Shown one piece after another: positions 1 through 10,916 of a DNA stretch of 64,000 nt. Position 1 is the first letter of the stretch, and each line of letters opens with the position of its first letter. Position numbers and translations under genes: made by a program. Location of the stretch: positions 1 to 64,000 of the forward strand of contig MCFE01000241.1 in NCBI GenBank assembly GCA_002104905.1. The letters are read 5' to 3'. The notes beneath the pieces were generated by a model that worked only from the letters and a program-made list of their open reading frames with translations, searched no databases and was not told the origin of the DNA. Source of the stretch: Basidiobolus meristosporus CBS 931.73. Lineage: Eukaryota > Fungi > Basidiobolomycota.

Positions 1-1390
1 GCTCGACATGGATGGAGGCTGAGTTAAATTTTTGTAATTCCGTCCAGCGTTCAGTACAAATACTGACCATCCACCAATCATCGAAGTAAACCCAATTTCG
101 GGATTATTATCTAGAATGCCAAGTTTAGTAAATGTCCAATCAACGATACCCCATGTTAGGATGAGGCTTTCAAAAGATCTGATGGAGGAATCTACTGCTT
201 TGATGTTGATTGGTGAATCGCCACCTATCACCAGACTACAGCAGATGATATCAATTGGACAGAATCGTGTTGGAAATCATTTTGACTGATGCTAAAGTTG
301 GTGGTTGGTATTGATTCAACACCGGGATCGAGATGGCTGTCCTCTGCAGCATCTGTCCCTAGTGTAATTGGGTGTGTGACGGTATATGTCACGGAATCAC
401 TCAAGGCCATGTGTTATGTGTGTAACTAGTGCTCGTCACTTGTTGAATGAAGGTCAGGTCCATGGAGTTATTGACAAACGTTCGACCAGCCCAAATTAGT
501 TATCTCTTTATGGACACAGGCTTGTTTATAACCATGGAAACCTTCTTGGATTAGTCCATAGAAATTTCCAGCCTCTATCCAATGGGCCGCATGCTTTTTC
601 AGTGGGCTACTGACGAGCCTAAGCAGTGTATGTACCCCTCATTGCCCCTGGCAAGCCACTAGAGATTTTGCATCAGGTGGCTTACTCCAACATTCACGCG
701 CACTCTGGAGAGCACCATAGAATCGTAATCACTCATCCAACAAATCAGCAACACAAGGAAAAGGGCCCTCGAAATTCCGACATCGAGGGCCGTGAGGGCT
801 CTTCATTCCATAGATAGTATTTCCGTTATAAGCGGGACTTGGCATTCCTAACGTAATGCTAGTCTGCGTAGTCAATATACCATCCAGTATGGGCGAGGAC
901 AATCTGGATCTAGAATCATTGGATACGCCCACTTGTATATCAAATACCTTTTGGACAGAGAGATGTCAAGTTTTCGAAGGGACTTGCTTCCGTGACAACT
1001 ATCTTCTCTGGCTATTTGTTCATGACTTTGCCGCGGCGAAAGGCGGCAGATGGAAAACCGATTGGGCACCAGGGCGTCGGATGGGGATGAACACGCTAAC
1101 GAGCTGATCATTAGATCCAACTTGAACCTGACGCCTAACCATTTTGCTTACATCATTCCAAATCTGGCTGATAGGCTTGATTCCGTTATCCTAAGAAATC
1201 GAATCAATAGGGTCACGAGTGTGATGATTCTTCCAAAATCTTGGATAAAATCTAAATCAAATTAGACAGCTGGCCCAGGAAATACATACCACACTCATAC
1301 GTAAATGACTACAAACATCTTTGATAAGAACAGCAGTGCCATCGATTCCGGGTGGTTAAGAGTTGGTCAATGCTAATGAACAGAGGCATT
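1..1390 (-). other. Possibly genic, intron-rich segment running off the left edge; no complete gene model could be built
   Basis: Normal CpG content. Candidate minus-strand introns at 1252-1300 (GTATGA..CTAAT..TTAG), 1104-1151 (GTAAGC..CTAAT..CAG) and 910-947 join pieces of ORFs 872-1120 and 729-932 in frame. No clean start codon or recognisable domain. Confidence 0.25.
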
Positions 1391-2449
1391 AATTTAAGCC
1401 AGAATCATGATTAGTAATTATGTGACGTGGTGTGTTTTATTATCAAGGTGACTTGGATCGCGAAACATCAGTGCACGTTACCAATGGGGTTTCCATTAGA
1501 ATCAGGGAGATATGGATATTTATTGGTTGGGGATACTGCCAAGTAAATGGGAAATCTCAGATTCTGATTAATAATGAATGATGGATGAAAATATGTGCTA
1601 ATAAATCAAGTTATTAACGCACTGTAGAGCATGGAGAAGCAGGCTGCGGGGAGATTAGAAGTTGATGAATAGACAAGGAGCATGTTATATACCAATGGAC
1701 ATGCATAAAATCGAGATAACTTGATTTAGAGTGGGAAAACCCCAGGTCTGATTTGATGCTATTGTACGGGATTGTTGGATTTATGCATATATCTTTGTGC
1801 TTCTAAGAAGTCGAGTTATTTATGCAACCCTGATTGTAATCCTAGTCGGAGTTAATTCTACCAAAACCGTAAAGATATCACGAAATAAGGGTTTAGTTGA
1901 AATATGCATTTCCGCAAAAGGAATTCTGGGATTTTTGCTCAGATGATCTCTAGAACATGGGAATAAACATGTATAATAATCAAAAGGGCTAGTTATTGAT
2001 CAGCTAGGGATTCAGTAACAGATGAGTGGTGGTGGCAATGGGGGGAGCTGCCACAAAATGGTGATATCTTTATTTCCTGTGAAGCAAAGAAACCTTAACT
2101 ACTTGTGGAGTTTTTTACAGAAATGTAAAGTTAAGTGTATTGTGAGAAATATGGAGATATTGGAGGTGGTTGGGAGAGGTAATAGACTATTTGTGTACAT
2201 ACTTTTATAAGCATGTAAATAGAACATGTTTAAGAAGACCTCAAAAATATGCATACTAAGCATTGGTTCTTTAGGACAACTTATTGAAGTATCATGTTCA
2301 GGTAATTATTTCAGTTGCCACCTAAATATACATGCTGTCATGGTATGTGATTATCATTGTGTACAGATTAAATTTCCTGTCAGGTCTACATGAAAATCCA
2401 TGTTATTGCCTCTATAGCAATGCCAAGCTATATCCAATACCAATATAAC

Positions 2450-2678
2450 CCCTATGAAAAATCTCAAACTTGGGATTAATTTGATTATCTGCTGGTAATC
2501 TGCTGATATTCTAATGGTGTTTTGCTGGCTTTCAGCTGGTGTTATTCCTTCAAATCTTTAGCTACAGCTTTTGGCAGAAGCAGTGAATGAATTATTACCA
2601 AATCTGGTATGAATGCTACTTAGCCTAGTCTCCACCTGAAGAATATATCTGCTTGTCTGCTAAGTAGCTAGTACCTAA
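2450..2678. mobile_element. Fragment of CCCTA-ended (CACTA/CMC-type) MITE
   Basis: Begins CCCTATGAAAAATCTCAAAC, as at 49159; body similar to 30608, 49159 and 51204; cut off by the LTR at 2679. Confidence 0.55.
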
Positions 2679-3038
2679 TGTTTCAAGATTCTAGGGAGTA
2701 TTGGAAGTGATTTGGAGAACTAAAAGAATTGCATGATATTCACTTGTTGTTTTATTGAGTTCAAAAAAAGTGTTTATACTTTGAGTGGAGCCATGTAAAG
2801 CTAAAGATAAGGATGTTTTAAGATAGGCCCCAGGAAGTAGTGTGCAAAGTCTGGGGGCTTTTGGACAAGCTGGAAAATTCATATAACTTCTGGCCATCAC
2901 TAATCCTATGAATTAGCAAATATCTTACAATCTAAATCCTAACTATATAGCTCATAACTTAGCATTAAGCTAAGTAGAATCTTTAACATTTATGAATAAT
3001 TTAGGTATAAACTAAATATTTACAACACTCCCACTCAA
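2679..3038 (-). mobile_element. Copia 3' LTR (family A, 2679-3026) with polypurine tract
   Basis: Minus strand reads GTTGAGTGGGAG then TGTTG...CA. Diverged inverted copy of 3077-3425. The same PPT occurs at about 33869-33880. Confidence 0.7.
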
Positions 3039-3076
3039 CTAAAGTATTTGTACAAAAACTGTATGCTACATGCCAT

Positions 3077-3998
3077 TGTTGTAAAATTCATAATTCCACA
3101 TAAATATTCACCTACCTTAGTCACCTAGATCATTACCTACAAAATCTTAGTGAATATTGACCAAGTTCCTTGTTGGGATTTACTTAGCATATTTTCACCA
3201 AAGTATTAGATACCCAGAACATGTGAATTCTCAAAGTTGTCCAAACAGCCCCAAACTTGGCACACATGTTTATGGGACCTATCTAGGCCTATTCTACATG
3301 CTTTTTATGCCAAGACCATGTAAAAGTATAAATAATACTTTTACATTCAATAAATCATTAAGTGAAAATCACATAATCTACTTGTCCTACCAATCACTTC
3401 CAATATCTCCAAGACTCTTACAACAGGTTATGAGCCATGAGCTGTCACTCTCTGCAATGTCTACTACTGCTATTACTGGAATTTTCCCTCTGCTGAGAAG
3501 TTGGATGGATCTAACTACCAAGACTGGAAGGTAATGATGAAGATGCTGGTACAGGAAAGAGGCCTTTGGGATATTGACATGGGAGAAGAAGGCCTTCCTA
3601 AAAATGTGGGAGAGGAAGCCTTAAAGTACCAGAAGAAAGAACAAAGTGCCTTTAACTGCATTTGCCTTAATGTTAAAGACAAATTGCTAATTCAATGCTC
3701 AAGAGCAAAAACGGCAAAGAATGCCTGGAAGGTGTTAGAAGATTCCTACCAGTCATGTTCAGCTGCCAAGAAAATGTATCTGAGATGAAAATTCTTTACT
3801 ACAAAGATGCTGCCAGGAGAAGAAATGAAAAAACTAATTAACAGAATTGTCCTGTTGGTTGATCAGATGGAATCTGTGGGCATACCAGCTATTGATGAGG
3901 ATTTGAAAGTTACCATCCTGAATAGCCTGACAGACATGTTTCAGGGCCTTGTATCAGCCCTAGAGCTCAGAACTGAAGATTTGACCTTAAACTATGTA
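3077..3998 (+). mobile_element. Copia 5' LTR (3077-3425), PBS and truncated gag pseudogene
   Basis: TGTTG...CAACA 349-bp LTR followed by GGTTATGAGCC (copia-type PBS). Gag reads EKLDGSNYQDWKVMMKML..GLW and AKTAKNAWKVLE (DUF4219/Retrotran_gag_2-like), has an internal stop, and is cut at 3999 by a CACTA terminus. Confidence 0.8.
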
Positions 3999-5501
3999 CC
4001 CTATGAAAAATAATTTGGACCTGCGGGTGGATCCAATCCAGATCATCTGTCAAGATCCCATTAAGAGACCATCATAATAACAGCAGCTTGGAATTAGTGA
4101 CCCTCCTGACAATCATATAAGAAGATCATGACAGTGTTTTGCAAATTTTACAGCCAAATAAAGTGATAAAACTTGACAATTTTTGATTGGTGCTGTGACA
4201 ATATTCACATGGTATTGTTGCGGTCTTTGAGCGCTCTATTACTACTTTAAGTGGATCCAGTTGGCCAGGACTTCCAATTGCCTTATCTGGCAAGAAACTT
4301 GACGGTATTTTGATGGCCTCACAGCATGACTCTTATGGCTTTTTTGTGGCAGTATGACAGCCTGCCGCTGGTTATATTTAATGCTACCGTACCAATTTAC
4401 CAAGTGGTATTTCCCTTTTCTACCTCCCCTTGCGCAATTCATATATTCCACTGTAGAATCACCTTTCTTTATTTGCTTGCCCACTAATACCTTGGGTATT
4501 CCACATATAGTTCAAATAAAAAAAAAACTATGGCCTCCTGCTTACAAACCTCTACAAATGTGCACACCTGCCGCAATTGACATACTTCTATCACCTCAAC
4601 TTTACGGCTTTTTAGTGTGATACTTGCAAAGTTGCCATATACCTTGTACTGCTGGTAGCATATACATCTTGCAAACATATGCATGGTTGTTGCCACTTCT
4701 GCCATGAATACCTCCTGAATATTGGCAAAGAACTTATTATTTAGCCAATATATTCTTTCTCCCTGCTGGATTCTAGCCACCCTTATAGGTGCGCTCTGGC
4801 TTTTGTTTGTGTGAATTCCATATTGAATGGTGTAGTAGTTGGCTTGTGACCATGAGAAATTCAGCATATCTTGGTGGAGTTTTCCTGATGAAAATTAGTT
4901 GCTTGTTGCACCCAACCCAACTTTGCATTACTTAACTGACTACCCACACATTGGGGCTGCTTAGCTTCTTAATGCCATAGGCATAGGTGTCTCCATGTGC
5001 ACATTTGTCCTCAGTATTTTCCAACTCTTTCTGGCTGTCCTCAATGTGCCAACTCATCACATCCATGATGGACTTGAAGGTAATATTCTAGATGAGATTT
5101 GGATATGGTAGTACCTGCAACTTGGCTTGTCTTCCTATCTCCCCACACATCAGCTCCATAGGAAACTCCCAAATGGTGAAGCAAGGCCTGATATTCTCTA
5201 CACACCATGCAAGATGGAGTAGAAAATGGATACAGTAGCGGCAGAGATCAACATGTTCAGCTTTATGTTTGTAGTATAGCCACTCAAATCCTGTTGTAAA
5301 CTCCTCACACAACAGCTGTAGATGCATCATGTTGGCATTGGTGAGCTGCTTCTGGATAAATATTCCTACAATGGCCACATATGACTCCCAATGATTCCAA
5401 TGTACTCTTGGTAGAAATGGCTTCAGAACACCACTTGAATAAATACATATCCAGTTTGTCCAGTCTTTGCATTTGTATTGTTGCATATGAATATGAATAT
5501 T

Positions 5502-5712
5502 AGACTTGTTCCATCATACCAGCTAATCATAGTGCCCAATAGTGCCATAGCATGCCATATGGTGCCTGATCATGCTACAGAGTGCCAGATGGTGCCATAC
5601 AGCGCCAATTTGGGATCAAAATAGCCATGCATATGACCCTAAAATATCAGATTAATAACAAAATATACAGCACTTTCTGGCGCTATGATCAATGGCACAA
5701 TGGAACAAGTCT
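5502..5712. mobile_element. 211-bp MITE, PHIS-type, TIR AGACTTGTTCCA, TSD ATT
   Basis: ATT at 5499-5501 and 5713-5715. The paralogous empty site at about 41520-41560 carries a single ATT. Second copy at 49806-50016. Confidence 0.85.
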
Positions 5713-6664
5713 ATTAATTGGAGCCTGTGAGAAGTACTTAGGGTTGCAGATACTCTGTATTATCTTGCCAATTTTTCAAATTTCTCCGGTATCTCAAATG
5801 GCTCATTAAGCTTGAAATGCCCCATGTATAACTTGGTCATCAGTATAGGGATATTGTTGAAAAGCAAATGCATGGCTCCCTGTGGAAACCTTTTGCTCCA
5901 ACAAATACCCTCCATCTTAAGTATCTCTGGTTTCTGATTGATTCCATATTCCAGCCAATGGCTTATAGCTTGCCAACTTTGCTGCAATTGCATGCTTACT
6001 TCTGTATGTTCTCTCTGTGGCAAAATGATGTTCTTAGTGCTGGTGTTTGGGTGATAATGATGTGTGCAAGTTATGGAGTAAATCCCCTGAATCTCACACA
6101 TCCAACCGCAATACTGTCCATTGTGCCCGGAAAAACCTGCTATTGTGCTGATGACTGGGGTATCTCCAATGCAGATAATAATATGCACTTTTACATGACA
6201 GCCATTTACGTTATTCTGCTGGAAAGCATACAAAATTCATCCAGCAATAGATACAGGTAGGTATCCAGGTTAGACAGTGATTTAGGCCCAGATACTAGTG
6301 AGACTACCATCAGATTATTGCTCTGAAACCGTAAGATGGGTGGCAGATTCAGATTGATGAGAATCAGTGGCCAGCAGGATTTGCTGGTAGAGTACTTGTT
6401 CAATGAGAATCCATCAAGTGCTAAAGCAAAGGCATGGTCATACATACCTTCAAAGTAGCCCTTGCTTCCTGGCTGTTTGTAATGTTTGCCATCAAATATA
6501 TTGGATATGTTGGCACTTGATTGATACTGAGTGTGGTACTGTATAGCTTTGCAATATTTGTTGGACTGCATCAGCTTCCTCAGAAAGGGTATGACCAGAA
6601 TATACCCAGAGTGTGAACAATGTTTTCCCTCAATGGTTGTGGATTCCTGACAATTTGGACACGT

Positions 6665-7467
6665 TGTGGTAGGGTAAACATACCTCCCACAGACAAGTTT
6701 ACTCATAGAGTCATTATGATATACTTATCCATATTTAATCTTATCAGTATTATCCCATTCTTCTTTTGCCCATATTATTGGTATTATCCTCATATGATGT
6801 TTACCCTGATTAGTTATTAGCATTAGTTATCTCAGATGTTATTCAGCTTTGTGATGAGTATATGTATCTACATAAGGCAAGTACCCACATCAGTACCTGT
6901 GACACATGACCTAGGTCTGTGTTACCATCCCTACCATTTCAATACCATATATGGTATTTCTATTTTGCACAGGTATCAGACTACTGATTCCTGATTGGTT
7001 GAATGTGCTGTGCCTTTTAGAACATTCCAGGACATTCTTGGCATATTTTTAGCTCATAGTGATGTCATCAAGAATTGCACTGATACCTAGAATCTTCTAG
7101 AACCTTGTCATTAGTAATCACTTGGCAATCAGGAAAAGTATTCAAGGGAAAGCAATCCCTCATCAATAATTCATCCCTTCTATCAGTAAACTTCTACCTT
7201 ATTGATTAGCAGTTGATCACTGCACCTGCCTTCAACAGCACATCTCAGACCTGCAATCAAGGAGCTTTTCAGGGTAGTGCACAAGACACACAGAGGCCTC
7301 TGGAGACACTTGGAGTACCTAGGAAGCTAGAGAAGCAGGAGCTTTTACCATAGTGACATATTGACAAAGACACCAGCAGTTTAGACACAGAGGTTATTGC
7401 ACCCATCAGACACCTCACACACCTTGAGTTGTGTAGCTTCTCCCAAGAGTACCTCTATGCCACCACA
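6665..7467. mobile_element. Solo LTR, family C (~800 bp)
   Basis: TGTGGT...ACCACA ends; 4-bp TSD ACGT/ACAT; the uninterrupted transposase site is seen at about 42100. Related copies at about 34900, 36108, 39762 and 47101. Confidence 0.75.
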
Positions 7468-8407
7468 ACATTGCAATGGTAGCATTTTTGGATGTGAATG
7501 CCATGCAACTGTTAACACATGCTGGAATCAGGACAGTCTCTGGATCATATGTTGCCAGCCACATGACAGTTGTCCACTTGCACTGTGTACATGGTAAGTT
7601 GCATCCTGGGATGATCTTGGCAAGAAGTAGTAACAAATCCTCAAAGCCCCCATTACTGATGTTAGTGGAAATGCGCCACTTCTCTAGCCACAACATTACA
7701 TCATTCACCAGTAGATGGATCACTCGGCTCACTTGGCTCCATAAAGTATTCTTGGCATTTGTTTCAACAAGTGTTGTCTCATTGCATAAAGGGAATTGAC
7801 TGGGCTCATACATGGTACTGTTGTTAGGGGAGATTGGCTCAAAATCCATCAGTGAACCTTCTTTGTCAGAGCTATCACTCTGCATGCCATATTCAGAAGG
7901 CTGAGGTGAGCCTAAAGGTGTCACAAACTCACCTGACTCAGCTTGCGCAAGGTGACAAAGACAGCCAGGTGCCAATATAGAAGTATCAACTGGCCGGCAA
8001 GATAATGTTGGTACAGTAGTGACCAATGAATGGTTGAATATGGCTTGGGTGGCAAAACACTGTCCATGATCCTTGTGATACTTCCTATGCTGTCTGCATG
8101 CTTCATGGCTGAGAGGCTTGCCACAATAGCCACATGGCCTTTTTTCTCTTCTCTTACATTGTTGAGTCAAAGTAGTCTTGTCCATGCAGCAAACAGTTTG
8201 ACCTTCAACAATGTAATGCTATTATATCACTTTTTTGTCAATACTCATGTGAACTTAAGACAGTCTTGTATTTGAGACATTGCACCTACATGAATGTAAG
8301 ATTCAATGATGACCTGCCATAGTAAGCATTATAAATAAAGTTGTGGCACCACATACACACGTATATGTAACACTATTTCCCCTTTGGTTTGACTCACTTC
8401 CATATAT

Positions 8408-10483
8408 ATGCCACAAAAAAATGAAGTAAAGTTGTCTGGTTCTCAACCAAACCCCATCACTGATGGCAACAGAAGAATAGTTGGACAACAGCTTGCTTTG
8501 ACATTCAGTGCAACAAAAAAAATAAGCAGGGCTACATCCAAAAAAGGCCCTGTGGACAGTGTGCCCATTGAAGGTAATAATGCGGACTCCTCAGGCTCTC
8601 AGTCTTGTAGGCAGTTGAGAACCTCTGTGGAGCCACAAGCTGACTGTTATGCTCAGGCAGATGAGAATGTAGCAAATGCAGTACCCTCAGTTGAAATCAG
8701 CAAGTGGCCATGATAACATCACCACCACTCATATTAGCAAGTATGTTGTCAGCTCATACTGAAGCATTAATGAAGCAATTAGGTGCAGTGGCTGATAGGA
8801 TAGATGCAATGGCCCAGAGAAATCAGGAAGTAGTCCAGAAACAGGATGAGCGGATAATATGTGTAGAGCAATCAATATCCAGGTAGAGAAAGCAGTATCT
8901 TTGCTGCAAAGAAGGAACTCAAGTAGCTCAATGTCACAGCCAAGAGCTGAGCCATTTCCCAATGTAACAGCAGAGGAACACTGTAAAGCCCTTGAAGCAC
9001 AACAACAGTGCCCAAAGATAAAGCCCACAGAAAAACCTATCACAACATGGGAGGGAGACAATGTGGTGTTTATACCAAAGCCTAAAAATCAAAAGACATT
9101 GAAGATCCATGAAGCCATTGAGTGCAATAATGAAGAGTGGGCTAATATATAAGAGGCTGTCAGAAGTCTAGTACGCCATCACTTTAAGGCCAGCATACCA
9201 TGGGACCACCAGGAACTCAAGGCCAAGCAGAATGCACTTGACTTGTTCCATGAGCATTATCCTGGATTCAAACAAGCAAATGGATTTTGGGCCAGCATTG
9301 GTATGCTAAGAAAGTATCTTAAGAATAGCAGAAACTATCAAAGGCAGAAGAGCAAGGGTGCCATGGCTAAAAACCAGCAGCTTCCTCAAGAGCCTGTTAC
9401 AAGCAGGGCCAAAAGTTCCGGACAAGTGGCAAAGAGACATCAGGCGGCTGGAAGAGTGCCAATTAAGGACAAGCAGGCAGACATGGATGTACCAGCACAA
9501 CATTTATCAAGGAAAAAGCGTAGTACCACTCAAGAAGCACCCAGTCAAAGTAGCAGTGAAGGACCTGGCAGTGATAAAAACCAGCTGCTTTTACAGGAGC
9601 CTGTTACAACTACGGTTGAGAGCTCAAAACAAGCTTAAAAGAAACGTCAGGTTGCCAGAAGAGTGCCAGCAAAGGACAAGCAGGCCAAAACAGATGCATC
9701 AGAGCAGAATTTATCCAGGAGACAATGTGGTTCTTTACAAGAAGCACTCAGACAAAGTAGTAGTGAAAGACCTGGCAGTGATAAAGGATGAGGTAAAGGG
9801 AAAATGTCTACCCAAGCCTGAGACAGGGAGGCATGCAAAAGAAGCTGCAGTTCTCACCAATTAACGCCACAAGCCAGGAACAGACTGAATCCCATCATAG
9901 CCAAGAAGAATTACCAACAAGAAAACAGCTGTTTTCACAAGAGTTGGAAGCACAGCCAGTTGAGCTACACTCCAGCAAGGTAAATGAGTTTGCTGAAAAA
10001 GGCAATTTGTCTACCACAGCCTCCTCAGCCTCCATTGTTGACAGAGTGGAGATACCATTGACAGACAAGGCTACAACATCAAGAGCTTGGAAGACTATCA
10101 CAATGCCTTCAGAGCAGTTTTGGAACATTAAGAGGCAAACCAAGAGGTTGCAGCACTTCTTCAAGTGCAGTGATCCAGAAAATGCACTGGAATATTGCAA
10201 GGATTTATTGCAAAGACTGGCAGATGAGGAGCTAGACCTTGCAGTGCTGGCTGAAGACCAGGATGTGTGGGAACCAGTGAATGAACAGTGGCATAAAGCT
10301 GTTGGGTTCCCATCAAAGTTGTGGAACCAGAGTGTTACAGCAGAAATACTTATTCAGTGGTGGATTTTAATGGAGTTACTTGTTGAGTGTGGGGTTGGGC
10401 TTAATGTTAGTGTAGGGTATGGAGACTTGTATAGGCCAGTACAATTGGCAATTGAGGTACAACTGAAGTTTCAACAGAAATAA
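8408..10483 (+). pseudogene. CACTA-associated accessory ORF of unknown function, frameshifted
   Basis: Chain of ORFs 8408-8713, 8859-9152, 9243-9638 and 9833-10483. Homologous fragments recur at 12578-13830, about 37150-38900, 43660-45130 and 59560-61500. Contains a 207-bp internal repeat (9369 vs 9576). Confidence 0.6.
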
Positions 10484-10916
10484 ATCAATTTGTATGCATG
10501 AAAAGTAAGAGAAACAGTTGAGTCAGGAAGTAAGGAGTGTGAAAAAGAGGCAATAGCCAATCAATTCACACAAATGTAGGAGGAAATAGAGTGTCTGGGA
10601 TCAGAAAGTGAGCAAATTGGCAGGGAACCAATCAAAAGCCACTTATACATCATTATGATTAAAAATTTTGACAAAGTTTTTTGTGAAATCTGGGGTGCAA
10701 TTATTTTTCAATGGTCTCTGGACGGTGTCCTGGCAAGATCAGTACCTCTTGGTCATGGGACATTAACTTTGTGACGGCATTTTGATGGGATCATCTCCAT
10801 AATTTTTATAGGGAAAAGAGGACAAATCTATTACAGGCAGTAGTGTAGATATCCCACCCACCAACAAGGCAGCTCTGCTAAAAAGACACAAATTTATCCA
10901 AGCAGCCTTGGTAGAC

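Larger units (their letters stand above)
4250..8185 (-). pseudogene. CACTA transposase (Transposase_21/Tnp2 plus DUF4218-like), disrupted
   Basis: N-terminal CGYCGK..CRQH zinc-finger-like motif; LALDGF..CWPLILINLNLPP..RF..GPK; IGDTP..GFSGHNG..CWMC; HFLLHL..FPME.MCG. Interrupted by a solo LTR (6665-7467), a MITE (5502-5712), stops and frameshifts. Confidence 0.8.
3999..10813. mobile_element. Decayed CACTA/CMC-type DNA transposon, most complete copy in the window
   Basis: Left end CCCTATGAAAAATAAT (3999) and right end ATAATTTTTATAGGG (10813) form an imperfect TIR fitting CMCWR. Contains a transposase (-) and a divergent accessory ORF (+). TSD not cleanly recoverable. Confidence 0.7.

Noticed and set aside
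1-290. Open frames of about 85-95 codons on both strands at the left edge
   Set aside because: Sense and antisense readings are equally plausible; strand and product cannot be decided without upstream sequence or RNA data.
3130-3170. Minus-strand SIFTKIL resembling the copia RNase H ADIFTK motif
   Set aside because: The segment aligns with the 56385-56722 solo LTR and lies inside the 3077-3425 LTR, so the match is coincidental.
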